A stretch of 25,121 nt of DNA, from contig DYRB01000001.1 of NCBI GenBank assembly GCA_020718945.1, forward strand, positions 1 to 25,121. The letters run 5' to 3'. Of this stretch, positions 7,539 to 16,600 are shown piece after piece; position 1 is the first letter of the stretch, and each line of letters begins with the position of its first letter. The notes under the pieces are model-generated. The model searched no databases, had not been told where the DNA came from, and saw only the letters and a list, made by a program, of their open reading frames with translations. Both the position numbers and the translations under genes were made by a program. The stretch comes from Lamprocystis purpurea (GTDB lineage: Bacteria > Pseudomonadota > Gammaproteobacteria > Chromatiales > Chromatiaceae).

Positions 7539-9908
7539 ATGGGCGCCATCGAAGTCCAGTCCCGCCCCGCCGCCGCGCGGTCCCTGTCCATAGCCCTGGC
7601 CGGCAATCCCAACTGCGGTAAGTCCGCCCTGTTCAACGCCCTGACCGGCATCCGCCAGAAGACCGGTAACTGGCCCGGGGTGACGGTGGAACGTAAGGAG
7701 GGGCGCCTGGAACTGGACGGGCGGGCCGTGACGGTCATCGACCTGCCGGGCATCTACTCCCTGGACGCCGGCTCCCCGGATGAGCGGGTGACCCGCGACT
7801 ATCTGCTCTCCCGGGAAGCGGATCTGATCGTCAACGTCCTCGATGCCACCAACCTGGAGCGCAACCTGTACCTCTCGGTGCAGATCCTGGAGATGGGCGT
7901 GCCCCTGGTGGTGGCCCTGAACATGATGGACGTGGCGCGGCGCCGCGGCGTGCTCATCGACACCGAGCGCCTGAGCCAGGAACTCGGCTGTCCGGTGATC
8001 CCCATAGTCGCCGTTACCCAGGAGGGCATTACCGAGCTCAAGGCCCGCACCCTGGCGGTGGCGGGCGGCCGTCAGGTGGGTGGCTTTGCCCTGGCCCACG
8101 AGGAATGCGTGGAGGCGGCGGTGGCCGATCTGGCCCCCTGCCTGGTCCCGCATCAGGGTGCCGGGCCGCAGCGCGGCAACGGCCGCTGGCTGGCCCTCAA
8201 GCTGCTGGAGGGCGACCCGGCGGCTTTGGCCCTGGCCGACTCCGCGACCCTGGCCAGGGCCGAGCACTGGCGCGGCCTGATCCGCGACCGCTCCGGCGAG
8301 GACGCCGACATCCACATCGCCGACACCCGCTTCGGCCACGCCCATACCCTGGCCCAGCGCGTGGTCCGCAGCCGTGGCCGCCTCGGGCGCACATTGTCGG
8401 ACCGCATCGATCAGGTGGTGCTCAGCCGCATCTGGGGCATCCCGCTGTTCCTGCTGGTGATGTACCTGATGTTCGTGTTCACCGTGAGCCTCGGCGGGGC
8501 CTTCGTCGATCTCTTCGACGGGGTCGCCGGGGCCCTGTTCGTGGACGGCCTGGGGGCCCTGCTCGACCGCCTCGGGGCCCCGGCCTGGCTCGGCCTGATC
8601 CTGGCCCAGGGGATTGGCGGCGGGCTCAAGGTGGTAGCGACCTTCATCCCCATCATCGCCAGCCTGTACCTGTTCCTCTCCGCCATCGAAGACTCCGGCT
8701 ACATGGCCCGTGCGGCCTTCGTCATGGACCGCTTCATGCGCTCCATCGGCCTGCCCGGCAAGGCCTTTGTCCCGCTTATCGTCGGCTTCGGCTGCAATGT
8801 CCCGGCGGTCATGGCCACCCGCACCCTGGAGAATGAGCGCGAGCGCAAGCTCACCATCCTGATGAACCCCTTCATGTCCTGCGGGGCCCGGCTGCCGGTC
8901 TATGTCCTGTTCGCGGCGGCCTTTTTCCCCGCCTCGGGCCAGAACGTGGTCTTCGCCCTGTACCTCACCGGCATAGTCGTCGCCGTGCTCACCGGGCTGG
9001 TCATGAAGCGCACATTGCTCCCGGGTGAGAGCGCCGGGTTCATGATGGAGCTGCCCCCCTACCACCTACCGACCCTCAAGGGGGTGCTGCTGCGCACCTG
9101 GGACCGGGTCAAGATCTTCCTGCGCGAGGCCGGGCGGGTCATCGTGGTGATGGTGCTGATCCTCAACGTGCTAGGCTCGGTGGGGACCGACGGCAGCCTG
9201 GGCAACCAGGACAGCGACCGCTCCATCCTGAGTGCGGTGAGTCGCACCGCCGCCCCCCTGTTCGCCCCGCTCGGGGTGCGCGAGGAGAACTGGCCGGCGG
9301 TGCTGGGCATAGTCTCCGGGGTCCTGGCCAAGGAGGTGATCGTCGGCACCCTGGACTCCCTTTACACCCGGTTGGGGGCCGAGGCGGACCCGCCCGGGGA
9401 GGCCGCCGCCTTCGACCTGGGGCTGGCCCTGGTCGCCGCCGCGGCCACGGTCCCCGCCAATCTGGGCGAGGCGTTGGGCGGCCTGACCGATCCCCTCGGG
9501 CTCGATGTGGGCGACCTCGCCGACACGGATGCGGTAGCGGAGCGCCAGGGCGTCCACCGCGGTACCTTCGGCGCCATGGAGGCCCGCTTCGACGGCCGCG
9601 AGGGGGCCTTTGCCTACCTGCTGTTCGTACTGCTCTATTTCCCCTGTGTGGCGACCATGGGCGTCATAGTCCGCGAGGCCGGCGCCCCCTGGGCGACCTT
9701 CGTCGGGGCCTGGACCACCGGGGTCGCCTTCGCCACGGCCACCCTCTACTACCAATTGGCTACCTTCGAGCGCCACCCCGTGGCCTCCTCGGCCTGGGTC
9801 CTGGGCCTGCTGGCGGTCCTGGTGCTGGTCCTGGTGGGGCTGCGGGTCTGGGCGCGCAACGGGCGCAACCAGGCGACCGCAGCCCAGGTAGCGGGGGCGC
9901 AGACCTGA
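7539..9908 (+). CDS. feoB: Ferrous iron transporter FeoB
   Basis: G1 GNPNCGKS, G2 NWPGVTV, G3 DLPG, G4 NMMD, membrane domain with [19 protein letters not shown] and YFPCVAT. Start placed at ATG 7539 within the longer 7191 ORF. Confidence 0.97.
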   Translation: MGAIEVQSRPAAARSLSIALAGNPNCGKSALFNALTGIRQKTGNWPGVTVERKEGRLELDGRAVTVIDLPGIYSLDAGSPDERVTRDYLLSREADLIVNVLDATNLERNLYLSVQILEMGVPLVVALNMMDVARRRGVLIDTERLSQELGCPVIPIVAVTQEGITELKARTLAVAGGRQVGGFALAHEECVEAAVADLAPCLVPHQGAGPQRGNGRWLALKLLEGDPAALALADSATLARAEHWRGLIRDRSGEDADIHIADTRFGHAHTLAQRVVRSRGRLGRTLSDRIDQVVLSRIWGIPLFLLVMYLMFVFTVSLGGAFVDLFDGVAGALFVDGLGALLDRLGAPAWLGLILAQGIGGGLKVVATFIPIIASLYLFLSAIEDSGYMARAAFVMDRFMRSIGLPGKAFVPLIVGFGCNVPAVMATRTLENERERKLTILMNPFMSCGARLPVYVLFAAAFFPASGQNVVFALYLTGIVVAVLTGLVMKRTLLPGESAGFMMELPPYHLPTLKGVLLRTWDRVKIFLREAGRVIVVMVLILNVLGSVGTDGSLGNQDSDRSILSAVSRTAAPLFAPLGVREENWPAVLGIVSGVLAKEVIVGTLDSLYTRLGAEADPPGEAAAFDLGLALVAAAATVPANLGEALGGLTDPLGLDVGDLADTDAVAERQGVHRGTFGAMEARFDGREGAFAYLLFVLLYFPCVATMGVIVREAGAPWATFVGAWTTGVAFATATLYYQLATFERHPVASSAWVLGLLAVLVLVLVGLRVWARNGRNQATAAQVAGAQT

Positions 9909-10067
9909 TTCTGCCCGACCTCGGGGCCTAATGGGGATCTGCTGTCAGGCGACGCGGGCTGACCTGGTCCTGCGCCTGGGCTTAGATCCGCGATGAACTC
10001 CTGGGGCCCCGCCGGCTCCGAGACCTTTTCCCATCGATGCAGGTGCCTGGGCCGGTTGTTGCTCCGC

Positions 10068-11303
10068 TCAAACCCTGCCGTAGAAGACATCGCGGTAGGA
10101 GGCGTACATCGAGGCGGTGAGGGTCGGTACGACCACCAGCAGCCCCAGGAAGACGGGCAGGCTGCCGAGGACCAGCAGCAGCGTGGCGGCCAGCCCGTAG
10201 ACCAGGAAGGGCAGGATGTTCTTCAGGCAGCCCTGGAAGCTCAGCTTCATGGCGGGCCAGGCGCGTAGCCCGTCGATGGCCACCAGGGCCGGGGCGAACC
10301 AATAGGCCATCAACAGCGGGACCGTGAGCAGGACCCCGAACAGCACGGCCAACACCACACCCCCTTGGGCGAGCGCGGCCTCCAGTGCCTCCTGCCCCTG
10401 GCCCAGCAGGGACGGGTTCAGGCCGGCCAGCCCCAGGACGACCAGGACGACCAAGATCCCGGCCAGGACCAGGCCACCCAGGTACAGGGCCCCCACGGCC
10501 AGCAGACTGCCGGTGTGGTTAGAGAACCCGGCAAACAGGTGGTGAAAGCCCAGGCGCTCTCCATGGCCTTGGTCGTAGGCCCCGAGCATGAGGCCGCCGG
10601 TGAGTACGGGCATGACCAGGTAGGCCGCCAGGGCTCCGACGTAGGGGACCAGGGACAGGGCCATGCCGATGACCACATAACAGACGGTGATCAGGATCCA
10701 GGCCCAGGGGCTGTCCTTGAAGTGCCGGAAGCCGCGGCTGATCCAGCCCCAGCCGTGTCCGATGGGGACCCGGTGGGGCCCATCGAGGGATTCCGGGGCG
10801 ACCGGGGGCGCCTCCGGGGTCAGTTCGGCCCTGGGCGGGGCATAGGGGTTGCCCGCTTCGACCCTGTCCTCCGCCGCCGTCGGCAAGGACGCCCCGCTGG
10901 CCGCCAGGCGCCCCAGGTATTTGGCCACCACCACCCCGCAGGCCTGGCAGACCCCTCCCTGGACCTCGGGCGACCCGCACTTGGGGCATTGCTCCAGTTC
11001 GCCGCGGCGGGCTGCGGCGGCGGCCTCCGCCGGGCTGATGGGGGTCAGGCGCAGGTCGAGCTTGGGCGTCTTCATGGGCACGATGCGCACCTCGAGCCCT
11101 GCCCGGGATAGGGCGCTCGCGTAGCGCTCCGCGGTGGCTTTGTCCAGATCGACCTTGATGTCCCGGGCGCGACCGCCCAGCACCAGGGCCCGCACCGTGT
11201 CGTCGGACATCTTGAACAGGGACGCCACGTTACGGATGGCCTCCTGGGCGGAGACATAGGGCTGGAGTTCGCCTGTGTAGACGACCTTGAACCGGTTTTC
11301 CAT
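10068..11303 (-). CDS. BPSS1780-family membrane protein with N-terminal soluble domain and zinc ribbon
   Basis: N-terminal FKVVYTGE...LFK...AERYASALSRAG domain, CPKC..CQAC zinc ribbon, NPYAPP motif, then GHGWGWISRGF and about 5 TM helices ending SMYASYRDVF. Confidence 0.75.
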   Translation of the reverse strand: MENRFKVVYTGELQPYVSAQEAIRNVASLFKMSDDTVRALVLGGRARDIKVDLDKATAERYASALSRAGLEVRIVPMKTPKLDLRLTPISPAEAAAAARRGELEQCPKCGSPEVQGGVCQACGVVVAKYLGRLAASGASLPTAAEDRVEAGNPYAPPRAELTPEAPPVAPESLDGPHRVPIGHGWGWISRGFRHFKDSPWAWILITVCYVVIGMALSLVPYVGALAAYLVMPVLTGGLMLGAYDQGHGERLGFHHLFAGFSNHTGSLLAVGALYLGGLVLAGILVVLVVLGLAGLNPSLLGQGQEALEAALAQGGVVLAVLFGVLLTVPLLMAYWFAPALVAIDGLRAWPAMKLSFQGCLKNILPFLVYGLAATLLLVLGSLPVFLGLLVVVPTLTASMYASYRDVFYGRV

Positions 11304-11394
11304 AGAACGACCTCAAACGGCGTGTGCCTCGGGATGGGGTGGGTCGGCCGGCGGCGGGCCGGCCGGGGCGGATCAGCCTAAGAAAAGCAGTCGA

Positions 11395-11523
11395 GCCGCA
11401 AATGAACGCAAATAGACGCAAATAAACAAGGACTTCCGGTCGGTCTCCGGATCACCCTGCGGGTGACGGGCGGACTCTGTCTAACTGACTGATCCATTTG
11501 CGTAAATTTGCGTAATTTGCGGC
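11395..11523. repeat. Inverted-repeat element with arms built from three CGCAAAT-core units
   Basis: Left arm GCCGCAAAT-GAACGCAAAT-AGACGCAAAT (11395-11423). Right arm ATTTGCGTAA-ATTTGCGTA-ATTTGCGGC (11496-11523). Internal hairpin TCACCC-tgc-GGGTGA. Confidence 0.85.
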
Positions 11524-11542
11524 CGAATTGCTCTTTTCAGGT

Positions 11543-13519
11543 TCAGGGCTTGGTGCGCGGGCCGTACTTCTTCAGCCAGGCAAGGATACCCGGTTCGGCC
11601 TCCCAGACATCGCGCATGGCCTCACGATAGAGCCAGGCCTGGTCCTCGCCCCCCGGGGCCAGGCCCAGGGCCGCGCCCATGCCGGCCTGTCCCCAGGGGC
11701 CAGCGGGCGGGGGCTGCTTCACCCGCTTGCGGGTCAGATAATGCGGGATGCGCGGCAGCCGCACCACCGCGGTACGCAGGGCCCGCCGGGCCTGGGCCTG
11801 ATCCCCCAACCGGTAGAGGGCCAGGACCTCGCCGTAGGCGAGATCGGCCAGGATGTCGCCGGGGAAACTGCGCGCCAGCTCCAGGGCCCGCTGGTCCTCG
11901 CCGCGGCGCAGCAGGTGGTTCATCAACTCGGCGCGCACCCCGTGGTTGTCCTGGGGGTTGAGTTCCAGCAGCCGCTCCAGCAGGGCCGCGGCGGCGCCGT
12001 CCTCGCCGGTCTCGGTGCGCCACAGGTAGAGCCGGAACAGCAGCCGCAGGGCCGGGCGGTTGCGCTCCTCGGACCAGGGGATGTGCCGACCGCACCCAGG
12101 GGGCAGGGCCCGGTCAAGGATGGCCGCCGCCCGGGTCAGCAGGGGCAGCAGCAGGACCTGGGCGATCCAAGGCAGGCTGCTCTCCGGGTGCTCGTAGAGG
12201 GCGGTGGCCAGGTCGTCCAAAATGTCCAGGCTGTCGGCGGCGTCCGGGTGACGGGCGAGGAAGCGCAGCCAGCCCTCCCCGGCCCAGGGGTCGCCGTCGT
12301 CCATCAGGGCGAGCTGGGTGGAGTAGGGCTTGACCGCCGGATAGACCTGGTGCCAGGCCGCCTCCACCTCGCGCACCGGCCGCGGCGGGCGCAGTCGGAC
12401 CCTGTCGCCGGTGAAGTGGGAGGGCAGCCGCCCGCCGCACAGGTCGGCCTCGGCGAACAGGGCAAGCTGCTGGGGTGGGGCATCGCCCAGCGGGTGGGCC
12501 TGGGCCTCCAGGGCATAGTCCGGCAGGGGCCGGGCGGCGATGCCCTCGATCCAGTCGCGCAACTGGGTGAGCGGCGGGTCCAGGCGCTCGGCGTGGCTCG
12601 CCGCCAGGGCCGCCTGGGGGTCGCTGGCCGCCTGGGCGAGGAAGTCCATGACCGGCTCCCCGCGGAATCCGGCCCGCTCCAGCTTGCGCCGCCAGAAGTG
12701 GGCGCGCAGGGCGGCCACCGCGTCCTTGCGCTGGGCGGCCAGCAGGGTGATTTCCAGCACCGCGGTGCGCGCCGAGTCCGGGGCGTTGCGCTGGACCTGG
12801 GCATAGGCGTCCTGGGCGGCGGCAAAGTCCCCCTCGTCCAGGTGTTGGGTACAGAGCCGCTGCCAGGCGGCGGCCTTCAGTTCCCGCGGGGCATCGGCGG
12901 CGACGCGCTTGAGGAAGGCGTCGGCCTTGCGCCAGTGGTCCAGGCGCTCGTAGGCGTCGCACAGCACGTCCAGGGCCGCGTCGTACTGGCCGTCGAGCCC
13001 GGCCAGGTCGGCGAACAGGGGCTCGAGCAGGGCGACGGTACGCCCCGGGTGGTCCTGGTCCAGCCAGCGGTCGCCGACCTTGGCCAGCAGGAAGGGCGGT
13101 ACCCGGCCGCTGGCCAGGGCGGCCCGCAGCCCGGGTTCCGGCAATTCCTCCAGCAGCAGTTCCCAGACCAGCTCCTCGGGCAGTTCCGGGACCTCGGCCA
13201 CCGCGGCGCAGCAGGCATTGAAGGTCGCCCCGGAGCCGCAGGGACAGGGGCCATTCGGGTCCGTCGGGGGCATGGGCTGGGGCCGGAAGCCGTGATTGGG
13301 CAGGGGGGCGGCGTTCCAGATCGCCTGGGCCAGGAGCAGGCCCAGGCTGATCTCCTCCGCCGGGCTGAGTTCGGCGTCGGAAAGGTCCAGCAGGCCCGGG
13401 ATTTCCCGCCGTGCCCAGGCGAGGTAGGCATCCGGGTCCGGGTCCAGGAGTATCTGTCGCACGGCGAGCAGGATGGCGTGCTCCATACGCTCGGCATCGG
13501 CGATTTCGCGATGGAACAT
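11543..13519 (-). CDS. SEC-C motif-containing helical-repeat (TPR-like) protein
   Basis: 658 aa with SEC-C-like PCPCGSGATFNACC, Ala/Leu-rich helical repeats, and a C-terminal LLELNPQDNHGVR motif. Confidence 0.8.
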   Translation of the reverse strand: MFHREIADAERMEHAILLAVRQILLDPDPDAYLAWARREIPGLLDLSDAELSPAEEISLGLLLAQAIWNAAPLPNHGFRPQPMPPTDPNGPCPCGSGATFNACCAAVAEVPELPEELVWELLLEELPEPGLRAALASGRVPPFLLAKVGDRWLDQDHPGRTVALLEPLFADLAGLDGQYDAALDVLCDAYERLDHWRKADAFLKRVAADAPRELKAAAWQRLCTQHLDEGDFAAAQDAYAQVQRNAPDSARTAVLEITLLAAQRKDAVAALRAHFWRRKLERAGFRGEPVMDFLAQAASDPQAALAASHAERLDPPLTQLRDWIEGIAARPLPDYALEAQAHPLGDAPPQQLALFAEADLCGGRLPSHFTGDRVRLRPPRPVREVEAAWHQVYPAVKPYSTQLALMDDGDPWAGEGWLRFLARHPDAADSLDILDDLATALYEHPESSLPWIAQVLLLPLLTRAAAILDRALPPGCGRHIPWSEERNRPALRLLFRLYLWRTETGEDGAAAALLERLLELNPQDNHGVRAELMNHLLRRGEDQRALELARSFPGDILADLAYGEVLALYRLGDQAQARRALRTAVVRLPRIPHYLTRKRVKQPPPAGPWGQAGMGAALGLAPGGEDQAWLYREAMRDVWEAEPGILAWLKKYGPRTKP

Positions 13520-13688
13520 GGGCGCGGTCCCCTCTGTGGGCGCGTCCGCGAAGGGACGGCGTGGCCGGATTTTAACCTTGAGGGTGGGGCGGCTGTCGAT
13601 AGGGAAGCGTCGCCGGTCGCGCTATAGTGCCTCCCCGCCAAAGTCCCCGCCACAGTTCCCAACAGTACAGCCCCAGACCGGTGCCCCC

Positions 13689-16600
13689 ATGCACGATGCC
13701 AAGGTCCGCATTTTCGTCTCCTCGCCGTCCGATCTCGACCACGAGCGCGCCCTGCTCAAGGAGATTTGCGCCCGGTTGCGCCAGGAGTACCTGTCCTATT
13801 TCGAGGTCCAGCCGGTGCTGTGGGAAGAGGAGGCCCTGACCGCCGACCGTAACTTCCAGGACGGCATACTAAGGCCGGCGGATTGCGACATCGTGGTGGT
13901 GGTGCTCTGGACCCGCCTGGGCACCCCGCTGCCGGAGGAACCCTACCAGGGCATGACCGGGACCCAGTGGGAGTTCGTCAACGCCGTGGAGGCCTCGGCC
14001 CGCAGCGGCCAGCCCGAGGTCCTGGTCTACAAGAAGACCAAGCCCAAGCTGGTGGACATCACCAACGCCGAGGCGACCCGCGAGGCCCTGGAGGACCGGC
14101 GCCGCCTGGAGGATTTCTTCCAGGCCAACTTCTTCAACCCGGACCTGAGCTTCCGCCGCGCCTTCCGCACCTTTGACAGCGACGCGGGCTTCCGCGACCT
14201 GGTGGAGGGGCAGTTGCGCAAGCTGCTCAACCGGCGCATCTCCGCCGAGAAGCGGGCCATCTCCGGGGTGGGCGACTGGCGCGGCAGCCCCTTCCGCCCG
14301 GACGGCCCCTACGATCTCGGCGACGGGCGCATCTTCACCGGGCGCGAGTCCGAGGCCCGCGACCTCCTGGCCCGCCTGCCCGGGCGGCGCTTCCTGCTGG
14401 TCAGCGGACCCAGCGGCTGCGGCAAGACCTCGCTGGTGCGGGCCGGGGTCCTGCCGCGCCTGGCCCGACCCTTCCTGGTGGAGGGGGTGGCCGGTTGCCG
14501 CATCGCCCTGGTGGACCCGGGGTCCAGCGCCGGCGCCGATCCCATCGCCGCCCTGGCCGAGGGGCTGTGCAGCCGCAACGCCCTGGGCCAGACCCTGGCC
14601 GGCTTCGGGCTGGACCAGGCGGCCCTTGCCGGGGTCCTGGCCCGGGACCCCGGCGCCGCCGCGGCCCAGGTCGCCGCGGCCCTGGACGTGCTGGGCCGCG
14701 AGCAGCGCGGGCGCACCGGGGTGGCCGAGGGGGAACTGCGCCTGGCCCTGGTGCTGGACCCATTGGACGACCTGCTCGCCGGACCCCCGGGTCCCCCGGG
14801 TCCCCAGCCCGGCCCTGCCGATGCCGTGCCGGACGGCGACGCCGGCCTTGATCCTGGTCCTGGCCCGGATGCCTCGGCCCTGTCCGTCTCCGTCCTGATC
14901 GCCGCCGTCACGGCCCTGGCCGCCACCGGCCGGGTCTGGGTCATAGGCGTGCTGGGGAATGCCCGACTGGGCCATCTGCACCCGCTCCTGCCCCTGCTCG
15001 CCGCCCCGGCGCCGGGCACCGAACCCGGACCGGCCGGGGCCCTGGACGGCCAGGCCTGGTACCGCCTGCCCCCGCCGGCGGCGGCCCGGGTGCGTCAGGT
15101 GGTGGAGATCCCCTCCCGGGTCGCCGGGATCGAGGTGGAGGGCTATGCCCCTGGGACCGACCTGAGCCTGGTGGACCTGCTCGAGGCCGAGGCCGGGCCC
15201 CTGGCCCACTGGCCGCCCCTGCTGGAGGCGACCCTGGAGCGCATCTACCGCATCGGCCTGGCCCGCGCCGCGGGCGCCGCACCCTCCCTGGTGGCGGCGG
15301 ACTACCGCACCGCCGGGGGCATCGCCGGGGTGGTCCTGGCGCGGGCCGAGGCGGTCTGGGCCGGGCTCGACCCCGCCGTCCAGGCGGCCCTGCCCCGGTT
15401 GTGCCGGGCCCTGATCGCCCTGGATGGGGCCCGCCCGGGCCTGCGCGCCGGGGAGCTGACCCTGCTGGAGGCCGACCCGGCCTGCCGGGCCCTGGTGGCG
15501 GCCCTGGCGGCGGCCCGGCTGGTGGTGCTCGACGGCGAGCGCGACCCCCTGAGCCGCAGCCCCTGTCCGCCGGCGGACTACAGCCTGGCCGGCTATCTGC
15601 GCGGTGCCCTGAAGGCCACCGGGGCCCAGTGGCGCGCCCGCCTGAACCCGGCCCGGGCCCTGCGCGAACTGACCGCCGAGGCCCCGGGGGCCGACCCCGG
15701 GCCTGCTGTCCAGGTCCAAGGTCAGGCCCAGGCCCAGGGTGGCGAGGCGGTGGAAGACTGGAGCGACTGGGCCGACTGGCGTCCGCGGGCGGTCTTCGCC
15801 CACCCGGTCCTGCTGACCCGCTGGGCCCCGGTGCGCGACTGGCTGGCCGACCCCAGCCACCGCGAGACCCTGCGCCTGCGCCACCACGTCGCACGGCGCG
15901 CCCTGCTGTGGCGGCGCACCGACTGCAACCGCGAGCACCTGCTCGGCGAGGCCGGCTTCGCCGCGGCGCGCCGCCTGGGCCGCGACCTGGCCGGGGAGAT
16001 CGAGCCCCTGGAGGCCGCCTACCTGGCCGAGTCTGAGCGCCACCTGCGCTTCGAGCGCCAGCGCAACCAGGCCCTGCGGGCCCTGGGCGTCACCCTGGTG
16101 GTGCTGCTCGCCCTGGCCACCACGGCCGCCTTCTGGGCCCTGGACGCCTCCCGCCAGGCGCGGGTCGCCCTGCATCGCAGCCTGCTGGACGCGGCCGGCA
16201 ACGACATGGCCCGGGGCAACTCCCCCCAGGCCCTGATGCGTGCCCTGGCCGCCGCCCCCTTGCTGCCCCAGGAGGCGACCGACACCCTGAGCCGGGCCCT
16301 CACCGGCAACCGCCTCATCGCCATGGCCCAGGGCGGGCCCGAGGCGGCCCCGGGGCCGGACCACCCGGTCATCTCCCCCGCCTTCAGCGACGACGGCGAA
16401 CGCCTGATCACCGCCGACCACGGCAACGGGGTCGATGTGTGGCGGCTGCGCGACGCCCGCCTGGACCTGGAGGCCCACCTGGGCGGGGACGGGCTCGACC
16501 TGAGGGTGCTGGCCTTCGCTGGCCGGGGGGACCAGGCCCGCCCCCTGGCCGGCGGGCCGGGCGGGGTCTGGCGCCTGCCCGCCGCCCCTGGGGCCGCCCC

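Noticed and set aside
9909-10067. feoC downstream of feoB
   Set aside because: There is no plus-strand ORF with the winged-helix/Cys pattern of FeoC before the convergent gene.
11395-11523. CRISPR array or integron attC interpretation of the CGCAAAT repeats (GTCTAAC at 11479 fits RYYYAAC)
   Set aside because: The units are about 10 bp with no unique spacers and are arranged as inverted arms. There is no matching GTTRRRY, no cas gene and no integrase.
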